A DNA stretch of 64,000 bases, taken from NCBI RefSeq assembly GCF_026210795.1, contig NC_089429.1:4340001-4404000 (forward strand), given 5' to 3'. Each line of letters opens with the position of its first letter. Positions within the stretch are counted from its first letter, which is position 1. Below the pieces are notes generated by a model. It ran no database searches. It saw nothing but the letters and a program-made list of their open reading frames with translations, and was not told the origin of the DNA. Source of the DNA: Rhizophagus irregularis. Taxonomy: Eukaryota. Made by a program: the position numbers and the translations under genes. Below, one piece after another: positions 1 to 13,729 of the stretch.

Positions 1-869
1 TTTTTTTATTTTTATTTTCGTTTCTTTAATAATTTTATTCTTTTTTTTTCAGTTCTTTAATTTGAAGAAGTAAAAACCAGATTTGAGTAAGTTTTTGCTT
101 TTACTTTTATTTTTATTTTTATCTTTCATAAATTTTTTTATTCACGTTATTTTTAATTTTTTTGGTCTCAGATAACAAAATTGATCATTTCATATTGGTA
201 ATTCTTAACCTTCCTTAGTGATTAAGGTCTGCTTTTGCTATAGGGGGCGAAGGCTATATATCTTTTCTGAATTTACAAGCTATTGCATATTTACTAGTAA
301 TATGATAAAAAAAAGTACAATTTCTTTATTATAGTTTTGTGTTTTAACATTAATTATTATATAATTTAGGTATGTACAATAATCTATTAGTATTATTAAA
401 AATTACAAAAAAATTATATATTATGAAATGTAAGTTTTTTAAATTGCGCCTAATAAAATTACAAAAAACCAAAATAAAATTACAATAAGTTATGTATTAT
501 AAGGTTACGAAATGTAAAATTTGTAGAGAATTATGCCTAATAAAATTACAAAAAATTATGCATTATAAGATTACGAAATGTAAAATAATTAAAGACTTAC
601 GCCCTTATAATTTTACGAAAATACTAAAGAATGTAAATATTCAAAATACTACACCTAATAAGATTACAAAATATTACATTTTGCAAGATTACACAATATT
701 ACAATTTGCAAGATTACATTTTGCAAATCTATATAAAATTACATTTTATAAGATTACAAAAATATTATAATATGTAAACCTTCGTGGGCCTTGTAAGTTT
801 ATATAAATCTACGATATAAAGGAATTTTAGAAGTTTACGCCATATTTAATTTACTGATGTATCACTCAA

Positions 870-1886
870 TCGTCAGAAATTGTCTTAAAAATATTGCATT
901 TGCACTCAATTGTCCAAAAATTGTCAAACCATTGTCGCTCAATTGTCTAAAATTGTTAAAATTTTTCTAGCATTTGAAAGTTGAATTTTGGTAAAATGGT
1001 CCATTTTTCCAAAATTTGACAAAAAAAATGCACAATTTACCAGAATTTTCCTGGTAAATTGTGCAACAATGGAAAATTTTTATTTCAAATTTGCAATTTA
1101 CGTATCATTACAAAAAATTCATCACAATTTACATAACATTGGCCTAATATTGCTAAAAATTCACCACAATTTGCACTTCGTTTACATAGCATTAACTAAA
1201 TTCACCACAATTTGCATTACGTTTGCATAAAATTACTAAAAATTTGACTAAATTCACCACAATTTGCACTTCGTTTACATAACATTACTAAAAATTTAAC
1301 TAAATTCACCACAATTTGCATTACGTTTGCATAAAATTACTAAAAATTTAACTAAATTCACCACAATTTTCATTATGTTTACATAACATTACTAAAAATT
1401 TAACTAAATTCACCACAATTTGCATTACGTTTGCATAAAATTACTAAAAATTTGACTAAATTCACCACAATTTGCATTACGTTTGCATAAAATTACTAAA
1501 AATTTGACTAAAATTTACACAATTTACATTATGTTTACATAAAATTACTAAAAATTTGCCTAAAATTCACCACAATTTACATTACATTTGCATAAAATTA
1601 CTAAAAATTTAACTAAATTCACCACAATTTGCACTTCGTTTGCATATCATTACTAAAGATTTGCCTAAAATTTCCCACAATTTAATGATAATTCACTGAA
1701 AAATTTCTCAACATTTGAATTAGGAATTCTGTAGGAATTCCGCCATTTTGACAAAATTTGCCAAATTGTAAGACCTCCATTATCCCAAAATTGTAACACA
1801 ATTTACCCCAATTTACCGGGATAATTCTCAATTTGCCAGAAAAATTCCAGGCAAATTTTGCAACAATGACATCTGTTCGACCTGTG
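870..1886. mobile_element. Right part of a non-autonomous CACAG-type (CACTA superfamily) element; left end not identified
   Basis: Terminus ttcgacctgtg at 1876-1886 (= CACAGGTCGAA reversed), same terminus as 44132-44142 and 54593-54603; left boundary approximate. Confidence 0.6.
1130..1680 (+). repeat. Tandem ~50-bp repeat (aaattcaccacaatttgcattacgtttgcataaaattactaaaaattt) inside a CACTA-like element
   Basis: About 10 imperfect copies visible; lies upstream of a ttcgacctgtg terminus ending at 1886. Confidence 0.85.
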
Positions 1887-2013
1887 TCAGTCGATTTGTG
1901 ATTGATTTTACCAATTTTTACCGTTGGTCAAAAAATATGACGAATCACATGACCAATCGGCAAAAATTATGCTGAAAGCTCTTAACGGTCGAAAGTTTTG
2001 ATTTCGACCAGTG
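1887..2013. mobile_element. Terminal segment of a CACTG-type element
   Basis: Ends ...gttttgatttcgaccagtg at 2013; resembles in inverted form the terminus at 41819 (cactggtcgaaatca ... tcacgtgattcgtca) and the end at 56815. Confidence 0.7.
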
Positions 2014-2214
2014 CATCCCTTTATCATTTTCAGATGCAAACAAACCTTATCAAAAGAAACTGTAAATTTAGTGAAAGTTGAAAAGTAACAATTTTGTATT
2101 AATCGAAGTAGTATTGCTATAATAACAATATCGCTACAGAATATAAATATACAAGGAATATTTTCAATTTTACTGCAAATTTTGACAAAGTATAACTTGC
2201 CGCATTAAAGTATA

Positions 2215-3020
2215 TCAAATTTTAACGCAGTAGAATGCTAACGATTTTCTTATTATTATTAATTGATTTGACTTTTTAATTATGATTTATAGTTGATTTT
2301 TCAATCAAGAAATCAACGCAGTAGGACGCTAACGATTTTCTTATTATTATTAATTGATTTGTCTTTTTTAATTATGATTTATAGTTGATTTTTCAATTGA
2401 GAAATCAACGCAATAGGACGCTAACGATTTTCTTAATTTTAATTAATTGATTAGTCTTTTTTAATTATGATTTATAGTTGATTTGCCAATCGAGAAGTCA
2501 ACGCAGTAGGACGCTAATGATTTTCTTAATTTTAATTAATTGATTTGATTTTTTAAATTATGATTTATAGTTGATTTGTCAATTGAGAAGTCAATGCAGT
2601 AGGACGCTAACGATTTTCTTATTATTAATTGATTAGTCTTTTTTAATTATGATTTATAGTTGATTTGCCAATCGAGAAGTCAACGCAGTAGGACACTAAC
2701 GATTTTCTTAATTTTAATTAATTGATTTGATTTTTTAAATTATGATTTATAGTTGATTTGTCAATTAAGAAGTCAATGCAGTAGGATGCTAACGATTTTC
2801 TTATTATTAATTGATTTGTCTTTTTTAATTATGATTTATAGTTGATTTTCCAATCGAGAAGTCAACGCAGTAGGACGCTAATGATTTTCTTAATTTTAAT
2901 TAATTGATTTGATTTTTTAATTATGATTTATAGTTGATTTTCCAATCAAGAAGTCAACGCAGTAGAATGCTAACGATTTTCTTATTATTAATTGATTTGA
3001 TTTTTTAAATTTATAAATAG
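2215..3020 (+). repeat. Tandem ~90-bp micro-exon/intron-like array upstream of CACTA second gene (copy A)
   Basis: About 9 units: ttatag|ttgattttccaatcgagaagtcaacgca|gtaggacgctaac...; GT donor, CTAAC, TAG acceptor; 28-nt putative exon. Confidence 0.7.
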
Positions 3021-3081
3021 GACGATATGACGATATTGAACCTGCTTCAATTTTTTAAACGAATATTGAGTGAATATCAAA

Positions 3082-5493
3082 ATGTCAAATAATAGCAATA
3101 ATAAAAAAAAACAATAAAAAAAATAACAAACAAAAGCAACAGAGGTTTCAAGAAGAAATACCTGATGAAGTATCAAATCGTCAACGAAGAAGAATGGAAG
3201 AAGAAAGTAATCCAAATGAGACGAGTGACAAAACCAATAAATCAGCTAGCAAATCGTCACCCACCAAGTCAAACAAACAAAAGCAGCAAAGGTTTCAAGA
3301 AGAAATACCTGACAAAGGATCTAATCGTCAACAGGGAACAACAGAAGAAGAAAGTAATCTGAATGAGATGAGTGACAAAACCAATAAGTCGACTAGCAAA
3401 TCGTCACTCACCAAGTCAAACAAACAAAAGCAGTAAAGGTTTCAAGAAGAAACACTGAGCGAAGGATCTAATCATCAACGGGAAAGAATGGAAGAAGGAA
3501 GTGATCTAAATGAGACGAGTGACAAAACCAATAAGTCGACTAGCAAATCGTCACTCACCAAGTCAAACAAACAAAAGCAGCAAAGGTTTCAAGAAGAAAC
3601 ACTGAGCGAAGGATCTAAGCGTCAACTGGGAAGAACGGAAGAAGAAAGTGATCCAAATGAGACGAGTGACAAGACCAATAAGTCGACTAGCAAATCGTCA
3701 CCCATCAAGTTGATTCTCAAATCTGCAAAGTCGACTAAACTGACTCAAGAAGAGTCTGACGATAAGGTTATAGAAATTGAACCGCCAAATATTTCTAATA
3801 AAGGTAATTGAATTTTGGAAAATTGCTGATTGATATGTACGATAATTAATAATTTTTATAGATCAACAAGAGATGTTATCGGAAATGAAAAAACAATATG
3901 GGAATATTTGAATTCCACAAAAATTCGTATTAGTGGTTAAAGACGATCAAGGTAATGAAAAGGTGATCGATAACGATGATACTGATTTAGAAGCAGGTAT
4001 GATTTTGACTTCATTCGTATAAATTCAGAATTATTCGTAAAAAAATATTACTATTAATAAAATTCTTTATTTAGAAAATCTAAAATTAAAGAAACAAATT
4101 AATGAAGTACAAGTAGAGAATGCAAGGCTTTAACGCGAAAATAACTGATTATTCGACGAAAATCATTTTTTGACTTAAGTAAACGAGGCCTTTGCAGACG
4201 AGAATGACAATCTATGCAAAAGCTTAAACAGATATTCAAGAATCTGCCTGCCTAAAGCCATTCATAGGCAGATGGATCTTGAACAGCCGGCAAAATGTCA
4301 AAAAAGAATTAAGACAAAAAGTCCGAGCGATACGAGAAAGAATCAGAGGAAGAACAGTCTGGTTCTAACAATAATGATGAGTACGACGAAAAAGAAGCTA
4401 GAGTATATTAATTTTATTTGTCTAATTCAGTTATTTAAAATTGCAGTATTGAGTAATTAAGTACCGGTTATCACTATTTGATTGTTATATTTAGGCTGAA
4501 ATGAAGTCTATTTTGAAAACCATCGATGAAACTCGAAGACTAGATTACAATGAAATGTTCAATAGCGCGAAAAATCTCAAGATTCGTCATAAGCTAGTCC
4601 CTGAATTGCGTTCAGCCCTTGCTCTGTATTTTCCCGCTTCAAATAAGCAACTTCCAAAATGGTTGGGTTGTCTTCACAAGTCTCTTCGTTTTCATCAAAG
4701 ATTAATGAATAGGAGAAAAGCCGATGAAAATAAACACCGGGTGCACTCAAACAATCGAGTATACGATGTTAGTAATGATTTATAATTATTATGCTGAATT
4801 TTATTCTGATTATGTATTGAATTTTATTCAAATTATAACGTATTTTAGAAGAAAATCCGCTGAATGAAAGCGGCAAAGAGGTCATATAGATTTGACGATG
4901 AACGGATAACAAAATATGATAAGCGTAGATTACTAAAGATGTTATCCAATCGCTTATTTCATTCTCCAGAAATAAGCGAGACAGACGAAGAAGACCCAAC
5001 AAAGTCCATAATCGCTATTTACGACTATTCGTGGAAATCTGATGAGGTTAGAACTTCTGAATCTTGATTTTTCAGACAAATCGCTGGATTTAATTTTATA
5101 TTTTATTGTTTCTTCAGCTTAAAAATTTACTATGAAATGTACTCGATGTACACTCATCAAATAAGTGAAATTAATACGTGAATGTAGATACGATGATGAG
5201 ATACAAAAATATGACTGACCACATCTGTCGAATGCTCCCGAATGGTCTTATATCGTACAACAACAAGATTTAATATTCGATACTGATATTGATTAGGGTT
5301 TAATCACTGAATATGAACTGAATATGATAAAGAAGTAGAAGAAATTAGTAGAGGGACAACACCAGCAACTGGCAACACCACCGAAAATTATGAAAACCAT
5401 AACAAGAAAGAAGAAGAAAAACCATCAAAATCAACGGTCGGCGACAATCATAATAATTCAGATTCTGATTTACATATGGACGACGCGCAATGA
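3082..5493 (+). pseudogene. CACTA-element second gene (copy A), multi-exon, with 120-bp coding repeats at the N-terminus; several stops
   Basis: ORF fragments 3194-3811, 4501-4785, 4864-5067 are homologous to 20103-31590 (MKSILKTI..LVPELR..QLPKWL..LHKS; HSPEISETDEE..YDYSW); intron after YDYSWxSxE in both copies. Confidence 0.75.
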
Positions 5494-5639
5494 ACGAATC
5501 TGAATTAATTTGGTAGAAAACTTTCTTTTTTTCGTCAAAAATCTATATATATATATAATTAATATTCCAAATTATTAGTATTAGAATTTTCCATAATTCA
5601 AAATAAATTTGTCTTAATTCAGAAAAAAATTAATTACAA

Positions 5640-5900
5640 TTCGAAATAAATTTACTGCAAATTTACCGCAATTCAGAATAGAAAATTTACTGCAATTCAG
5701 ATTAAAATTTACCGCAATTCAGAATAAAATTTACCGCAATTCAGAATAAATTTACTGTAATTCAAAATAAATTTACCGCAATTCAGAATAAATTTACTGC
5801 AATTCAGATTAAAATTTACCGCAATTCAGATTAAAATTTATCACAATTTATCAAAATTTACCATAATTCAGAATAAATTCACTGCAATTCGGTAAATTTA
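5640..5900 (+). repeat. Subterminal ~21-22-bp tandem repeat (aatttaccgcaattcagaataa)
   Basis: About 10 copies before the CACTA-type terminus at 6093. Confidence 0.8.
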
Positions 5901-7053
5901 TGAATATATTTTTTTAAACAATTTGGATTAAAAATACTAAGCAATTCAGATACAATTTGGATATTCTGATCGGCGTCAATCGGTCTGCCAATCGGAACTT
6001 TGCCTAAATTAATAAATCGGCCATCTTTATTACCAAATTTGGCTTAAAATCGAACATCCGATTTCTAGCTGATTTGGACTATTTCGACCAGTACATTCTC
6101 AGAAAGATGTTCTCAGAGAGAGACCGTTGCATATATTGTAAAAAATATTCGCCATTGATCTGCAGTAAAATTTGAAAACCCATCTCCACAATTGACTTTT
6201 CCTGGGATACGACCTAAGTCAGCTGGAACTTTAAATTCATCCATTTTTTTCTGAACTGTTTTCAAAATATGTATTGTTAATACGCCATTTTTGATCTAAA
6301 GTCTTCTTACAATTCATTTTGCAATGCCCAGAAACAAGCAGTGCATCGGATCGATTGTAATGAACCGAATTGGATCGAAATATGGTAAAATCAATAATTC
6401 AGACCATCTAACTCCAGTTTGCTTTACAAATCGCTTTCTTGCTGCATCTGAATTACAGCATCTCCATCCTATAGCATCTTGACGTTGTTGAGCTGAATCA
6501 CGGCAAGTAAACTATTCGTCCATTTCATTTATCTCAGCGAAATTATGCTGCCGAGTTTCATAATTCACCTTCTTTTTGCATCTATGATATGACACCAAAG
6601 CAGAAATATGTCCGCAAATTTTTCTTGCAGCCGGTATGTCACATGAAACAAGAATCAGAGCTGCGCGAATTCTTTTCCCTTCTTGACATTTATACATTTG
6701 ATTTAATGTTACTCCTTCCTAAAGTGACTTCAACTCATCAATGATTGGCACCAGATAGTGATTAATCTTATGTAAACTTACTTTATCTGGGCTGGGTAAT
6801 AAGCCAACTAGTGCTCCGAACAGGTCAGGTCAGATCAGGTCAACTGGTTAACCCGACCTGATTTTTTTTTTCAGGTCGAATCAGGTCAGGTATAATCAGG
6901 TAAACGGGTATAACCTGATCTGACCTGTGACCTGAAAATCAAATAGGCAATTTCGATTTGCGACATTGGCATTCCTGCAGATAAATTGTGTAACAATTTC
7001 AGTTTTTTTAATTTAAAAAAAAAATTTTTAATTTCTTTTTTTTTTGTTTTAAG

Positions 7054-8131
7054 CGAAATGTTTAATCCGGATTTTGGAAGTAAGTGGAGGAAAGAGGGGA
7101 GAATAATTCATTATTTTTTTTAAGAGAAATGTTACGCTTCTCTTTCTTTATTGTAAGTTGCCAGACGAATATACAACCTGGACTTTAGAATTATGTAAGT
7201 GGATGTGGAGGATTTTTTTTTAATTATTTTTTATTTATCAAGGGAAACGTTACTAACGTTTTCTTTTTCTTTTTTATAGGTTGCCAGATGAATATTACGA
7301 CCTGGACTTTGGAATTATGTAAGTATAGGAAAGAGAAGTGGTTTATTTTTTTTTTAAAGAGAAATGTTGCTAACGTTTCTCCTTTTCTATTTTGTAGGTT
7401 GCCAGACGAATATACGACCTGGACTTTAAAATTTTGTAAGTAGATCCGTGGAGGAGAGGGAAATATTTTTTTTTTATTTTTTTTTTTAATCGAAGGAAAC
7501 GTTATTAACGTTTCTCTTTTCTTTTTAGGTTGCCGGACAAATATTATGACCCAGACTTTGGAATTATGTAAGTATAAGGAAGGAGTGTTTTTATTTTTTT
7601 TTTTTAAAGAGAAACGTTGCTAACATTTTTCTTTTTCTTTTTTGTAGGTCGCCGGATGAATATACGACCTGAACTTTAGAATTATGTAAGTGGATCTGTG
7701 GAGGAAGGGGGGAATATTTTTTTTTATTTTTTTTTATCAAGGGAAACATTACTAACGTTTCTCTTTTTCTTTTTTATAGGTTCCCGGACGAATATACAAC
7801 CCGGACTTTGGAATTATGTAAGTATAGGAAGGAGGAGTGTTTATTTATTTATTTATTTATTTATTTTTTAAAGAGAATCGTTGTTAACGTCTTTCTTTTC
7901 TTTTTGTAGGTTATCGGACGAATTTATGAACCGGAATATGTAAGAGGAGGAGTAGTGGAGAAAGGTTGAGAATATTTTTTTTTCTCGAGAAACGTTTCTA
8001 ACGTTTCTTTTTTCTTGTTTGTAGGGTTGCCGGATGAATTTACAAACTGGATCTTGGAATAGGTAAAGGATCGGAAGAGAGCTTTTTTGTATTTACTTTA
8101 AAGACTTCTCTAACATATCTTTTTTTTGTAG
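7054..8131 (+). repeat. Micro-exon/intron tandem array inside the hAT element
   Basis: About 9 units: tttgtag|gttgccagacgaatatacgacctggactttagaattat|gtaagt; mostly 38-39-nt exons; intron hairpin gaaacgtt-act-aacgtttc overlapping CTAAC. Confidence 0.85.
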
Positions 8132-8590
8132 GACTGCCGGGATATTCAGAAATCACGTTCAGGAATGCATTTATTCTATGAAGGAGAGCCCTTTCTCTAT
8201 GCGATTGGTAATACATATGGCTTTAATCTATTGAAAGATCTCGATATCGGTGCCATCATCTCTGATAAATCGTATACGGCCATGACGGAGACTTCAACAA
8301 TAAGAACAACTTCTCAGAATACAATTTGATAGACAACATCGGCTTGGATGCCGTATGTAATATTTGGCAATCCTGAATCCTAATTCGTGGAGTAGTATAC
8401 TTTAAGCAACGCATATGAATGAAGACAATGTCTTTGTGTAGGATTATTGTAAGTTTCGGAATTTTTGGTTTGAGGTCAATTACAATTTCAAAAAGTTTTC
8501 ATATATTTTATAGTAGTGATTTATTATTATATTATAATGTTATGCTTTTATTATATTATTTATATTTATACTAGAGAAAAAAATAATTTT

Positions 8591-11436
8591 TTACATATAA
8601 TCGATCCAATTTTTGATACACATGCATGCTTGAATAGATTCATTATTTAAACTAGATCGCTTTTTTGTAATTAAATCAGTACTTCTAGAGAAGATCCTTT
8701 CCACAGGAACGCTTGTACCTATATAATACAAATTTAAAATTATATAAAAATAATATAATAATTATATACATATACAATAAAAATCTAAATTACCTGGGAT
8801 TCCGAGATAGTCGCGAGCCATAATTGAAAGACGTGGATATTGTTCTTCATTATGCTATAATTTATGTTATTAAATTTATTATATGTAATTATAGCTCTAT
8901 ATTACAAAATCAAATGCAATTTACCTTCTACCATATTAATGGATTCGTTTTAGGTCCTTCAACCAACTTATTAAGATAGTCTTCTACCTCAAACTCATCA
9001 CTACTATTATTATTATTAGCTCCAAATAATTCATACAAAAAGTCATTCTCATTATTATTATTTTCGCAATTATCATTAATTATATTAGTTTTACTAGCAT
9101 AATCACTTTTAAAAGTGTTTATAAAGATTAATTTCGCGGAGTCAATAAATTTTTGTTCCCATTGTTGTTTTTTGTAATAATTTAATTTCAACCTCGGATC
9201 AAGAACTGTATATACAGTATAAAATCAGTATAAAGAAAATACGTTATATAATTATATTAAATTTGAACAAATATTAAAATTAAAATAAAAAAATTACTTG
9301 TTGCAATTGTATACAGTTGCGAATCGTCAGTCTTAGAATAGTAAAGCTTCAATTTTTCGTATCCCTTTGTTATCGCATCACGTATTTCCGGATAATGACA
9401 ATATTTCTCATGATTTTCATCCAGTAAATTCTCAATATGTTCAAGAATCATATTATACATGGGAACCGATGATGACAAAGTTATATACTTTGACATTGAC
9501 ATGTATTCAGTAGCCTTATAAAATTTCTGAAAATTGTATTCATAATTATTTATTAGAATGAAATTTTGAATAAAAATTTTAAATTAAACTTACTTCAAAA
9601 ATACGACATAATTCTTCTATAATATCCCATTCATTAGAAGAAATTAAAAATTTTTTTAAATCATGTTCAAATGCAGCAATATCATTGAGAGGCTAATAAT
9701 AAAATATTATTAATACAGTAATATTAATAAATATTTTTATTTTATCATAATATTAAAATTTACTTACATCTTTAAGTTTTAATGAGCGTTCTAGCATAAG
9801 GTACGTTGAGTTCCATCACGTACGAACGTCTGAGATGAGTTTTAATGACTTTATATTATATAAATCATACTGACGGGCAAATTTTTCACTTTGCTGTGGG
9901 GATAGATTTATTTTAAATATTAATTTTCGTAATTTTGGAATTACTTCTACACCACTTTGAGAATTTTCAGTTTCTGTAAGAATATCATTTTCTTCCTGAA
10001 CTTCACTAGCAGCCTTGATATGTCTTAAAATTTCTTGTGACGTTAGATTTATTATGTGAGCTAAACACCTGACATGATTTCTTTTATGATTGAAATTAAT
10101 TTCATTTCTACCACAAACATTTTCGAGTTCTTTTAATAGAGTTGTGTTATTTGCTGCATTATCCGCAGTTATTGCTAAAATCTATTTAAAATTTATTAAT
10201 ATAAATATTATGAAATAAAAAAATAAAAATAAAAAATATGGAAGTACAGTATTACCTTGTTAAAAATATTAAATTCATTATCAACACAACTTAAAAATGC
10301 TTTTGCCAGATTCTCCCCTGTGTGAGATCCTGATAAATGAACAAAATCAACGAGTATATCATGAAGATTCCAATTAATATCGATATAGTGGCACGTTATA
10401 CCAAGAAAAGCAACAGTATTCGTTGATGTCCAACAGTCCAAAGTAAAACTTAATTTTCCTGGAACATTCTTTAATAGATATAATAAAAAATTTAATATTA
10501 TTTATAATTATAAAATAATTTTAAAATTTACTAACTTGTAATTTATTCTTCATATTTGTTCGATAATTATTATATAAATTTAAAATATCATTGCGAACAG
10601 TATCTGCTGATGGAATTTCAACTTTTGCGTTACATAATTTTATTAATCGTTGAAATTTATCACCCTCAGTTACAGTAAAAGGCTGATCATCTGACGCTAC
10701 CCAAATTGCTAAGTTTTCACGAAAACCTGCATTACTAAATGCCTGTAAAAAGATTAATTCTATAAATAAATAATAAAAAAAAAATCATAAAATATAAATT
10801 AAATAATATATAATTATTACAATTTCTTTTTCCTTATTTTCCCCCAAAAATTTCTTCATAAATTCCGCTTGCTTTTTAACAGAAGGATCGATTTTATCCA
10901 TATGATTCTTTAAATGTTTATTTAGATTTCCTGTACTACCATTTGATTTTCCATCCATTCGAAACTTTACATTACTATTATTTATAATATTTACAATATG
11001 TATAACTATATAATTTATTAATATAAAAATTATATTTACTATAATATTAATGTTATTCTTACCTACAATATTTACATTTTGCCCATATCACACCATTTTT
11101 ATCTGTAAATTTTTCGAAGTGGTCCCATACAAAACTTCTTATTTTATTATTTAAATTTTTTTTATTTTTTTCTAATACACTATCTTCTTCAGAAACTTCA
11201 TCATCATTTTCATCGGCAATAATTTCACTTCCAGAATCTTCTGTTTCTTCATTATCTTCTGCTTCATTATCTTCTGCTTCATTATCCTCTACTTCATTAG
11301 TATTTTCTGTTTCGTTATTGATGTCTCTTTCTTTTTCAAATTCTATATCATCCTCTATTTCAATTATTCTATTATGACGAGCACGTTTTGATTTAAGAGA
11401 AATATTATTAAAATTATTTCGCTTTTGTTTATTCAT
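8591..11436 (-). pseudogene. hAT transposase, intron-rich, with BED finger and C-terminal dimerisation region; at least two nonsense codons
   Basis: VWDHF..AKCKYC, DCWTS..AFLGITCHYID, RCLAHIINL, DVRT*WNSTYLML (tca at 9816-9818), VPVERIFS..KRSSL; GT-AG introns. Confidence 0.9.
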
Positions 11437-13467
11437 TTTAAAATTTTATAAAAATATTTTGTAGAAAATGTTAGTTGAACTTTGCAAAAAATATACGAAG
11501 CTACAATAAGGGGTTAGTTTTAAATACCAATTAAAATCTGCCATGTTACATAATTATATTGCATAATGATAATCACTGATAATAAATCAACATTTCAATT
11601 AAAATAATGAGTTATAATTCAATAAAAATAGAATTATAAATAAAATATTACTATAAAATAGAAGTTTGAAGCGAAGAAATTTAATCAATATATTTCATTT
11701 GGGATTGATGATATGGTATCACATGATAAAATTAGAATTTTCTAGTATTATATTATATAACACTTGTCATACAGTTTATCCATACAAAAATTAAAGATAT
11801 GACGCATCTTTGCATGTAATAAAATTAGTAAAATTTATTCAGGTTAACAGGTCAATCAGGTCAGGTTAAAACTTTGACCCGACCTGATACTAGATCATAA
11901 ATTTAATAACCTGTGCTGAATATTTCAGGTCAACCCGATCAGGTCACCTGAAATCACCTGATCTGTTCGAAGCACTAAAGCTAACAATCAAAATATTATT
12001 GTGCTTGAATCTGACATCCTTCGAAAGGTTACCGATTGCAGCGTATATTACTCCGATGCTGTGGATTGTGCCATCGAAGGGTTGAAACCAATCTAAATTC
12101 AAAATCAATCTGAGATACGAATCAGTAACATCAGATCAGAAAAAATTATTCGAACTTTCATCTGTCGTTTCTTTAAAAGTTTTCCAAACTTCACCATCGT
12201 ATATATCAGTTAAGATATTATCGAAAGTTGGACGATTTATCCAATGCCTTAGAGAATTTTCAAAGTTAGGTTGACGATACATTGCTTTCAATTGCTGCTT
12301 AATACTCACAAACGGAAATAATAATTCAGGTTTGATTGAAATTTGGTTATTTAACAATGTTGTTTTTTGTGTCAAAGGTGTTTGGCACAACCTTAATCTT
12401 TGAGTTGTCAAATTAGGAAATTTGACATGGCAACACTTTATGATGGCAGGTTGCTCATTTTGGAGAAAACTTTTTATTTCCTGTTTGTTGTATAATTTGT
12501 GGCATTTGGAACACGCCACAAAACTATGAAACCGGTCTTCAAGATTAAGGGCTTTTTTTGCTAGATATAAAGTGTCAGGAAATGTGTCAAAATCAGGACT
12601 ACCGATTTCTGTTAGAACAAGCTTCAAGAATTTTATCAATGATTCTGTAGCTGTTTCTGGTAAGTTAAACCTGGTTCAGAAGCTCATGATCCATAATAAT
12701 ATCTATAAGAACCGATTATTTATTGATTGTTCAGTATCAGAATCTTGAAATGGTTCGAAAGGTGGACATAAATAATCTTCAAAAATTCTGTGGTATTCGT
12801 CATCATTGGATGGTTCATTATCAAATGATTTATTTCTATCATCGATATTTGCATTTTCCTCCATAGTATATTCAGAAGATTCAGAAGATTTATCATCTAC
12901 TATATCTCCTAATTCAGCAATTATAACCAGTCGAACATATTTTCTTGATCGTTGTCTATTAGGCAATTCAGCTTCCGATTCTCTCATTTGTGGTTCATCT
13001 GATATTGAGGCACTTTCGTATAGTTTGTCACTAGGCAATTCAGCTTCATCAGGTAAATGTACTTCTGTTTTTTCTGAATCATCATCCTCTAAATCTTGGT
13101 TAATTTCATGGATAGTTTTCGTATGAGGATCTACTAATCGTCTATTACATTCAGAACAATTATATACAACTAACCTTCCAATACGTGATGATGTAGAATA
13201 GAGCTCCGAATTTGACCTGATGGATCGGGTAACCCAATGGGTTGACCCAAAAAATTCAGGTCGGGTAGCAGATTTAATGACCCAACCTCAGGTCGGGTTA
13301 GTCACAATCGGGTACCTGACCCGACCCATTAACCCGACATATTTTGGTCAAAAATAAGACATTTCAGCATTTTATATATATAAAGCCAAACTGACCTGAA
13401 TCTGACATTTTTTCATTAAAAATAATTACAAAACGTCTTTTTTTATTAAAAACGTCGGGTTCAATTA

Positions 13468-13724
13468 CAGCTATTTTCTAAATTATTGACTTCCCTCCTG
13501 TTATTTTTAAAAAATTTTTCAGATACAGTCAGACGCAGTCAGACACAGTAATTCAGGCTGACTTATAGTGCCGGCCAGAATTATGAGTCATGTGGTTACA
13601 CAAATTCCAAAAAAGGAAATTTTTGAATTTGCAAAAATCACAAAAAATATCCCGAATTACTGCTGACTGTGTCTGAAAATTTTTTTAAAAATAATAGGGG
13701 GGTCAATAATTTAGAAAATAGCTG
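13468..13724. mobile_element. Tc1/mariner-type MITE nested in the hAT element
   Basis: About 60-bp TIRs (cagctattttctaaattattgac... / ...gtcaataatttagaaaatagctg) flanked by TA on both sides. Confidence 0.8.
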
Positions 13725-13729
13725 TAAAG

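Larger units (their letters stand above)
2014..6093. mobile_element. CACTA/EnSpm-type element A (right half), abutting the transposase of element B
   Basis: Right end catccgatttctagctgatttggactatttcgaccagta (6093) is homologous to the end at 31964; carries the same second gene; left end not in view. Confidence 0.7.
6809..11977 (-). mobile_element. Autonomous-type hAT DNA transposon (decayed)
   Basis: TIRs tagtgctccgaacag / ctgttcgaagcacta; 8-bp TSD aagccaac (6801-6808) / aagctaac (11978-11985); subterminal caggtc/gacctg repeats. Confidence 0.93.
6094..13198 (-). pseudogene. CACTA/EnSpm Tnp2-like transposase of element B (pieces 11986-13198 and 6094-6808), split by a hAT insertion
   Basis: Motifs CSKCHKLY, TDIYDGEVWK, LILNLDWFQPF, LVSCDIPAARKICGH, YFDPIRF..IDPMHCLFLGIAK; several stops; homologous to 49621-51910. 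Confidence 0.85.

Noticed and set aside
1..200. Possible tail of another micro-exon array (cag|...|gtaag at about 51-90)
   Set aside because: Only one or two units are visible at the window edge; not enough to call
492..1230. ORFs 492-770 and 988-1230 as genes
   Set aside because: Translations of AT-rich internal repeats with no domain signal
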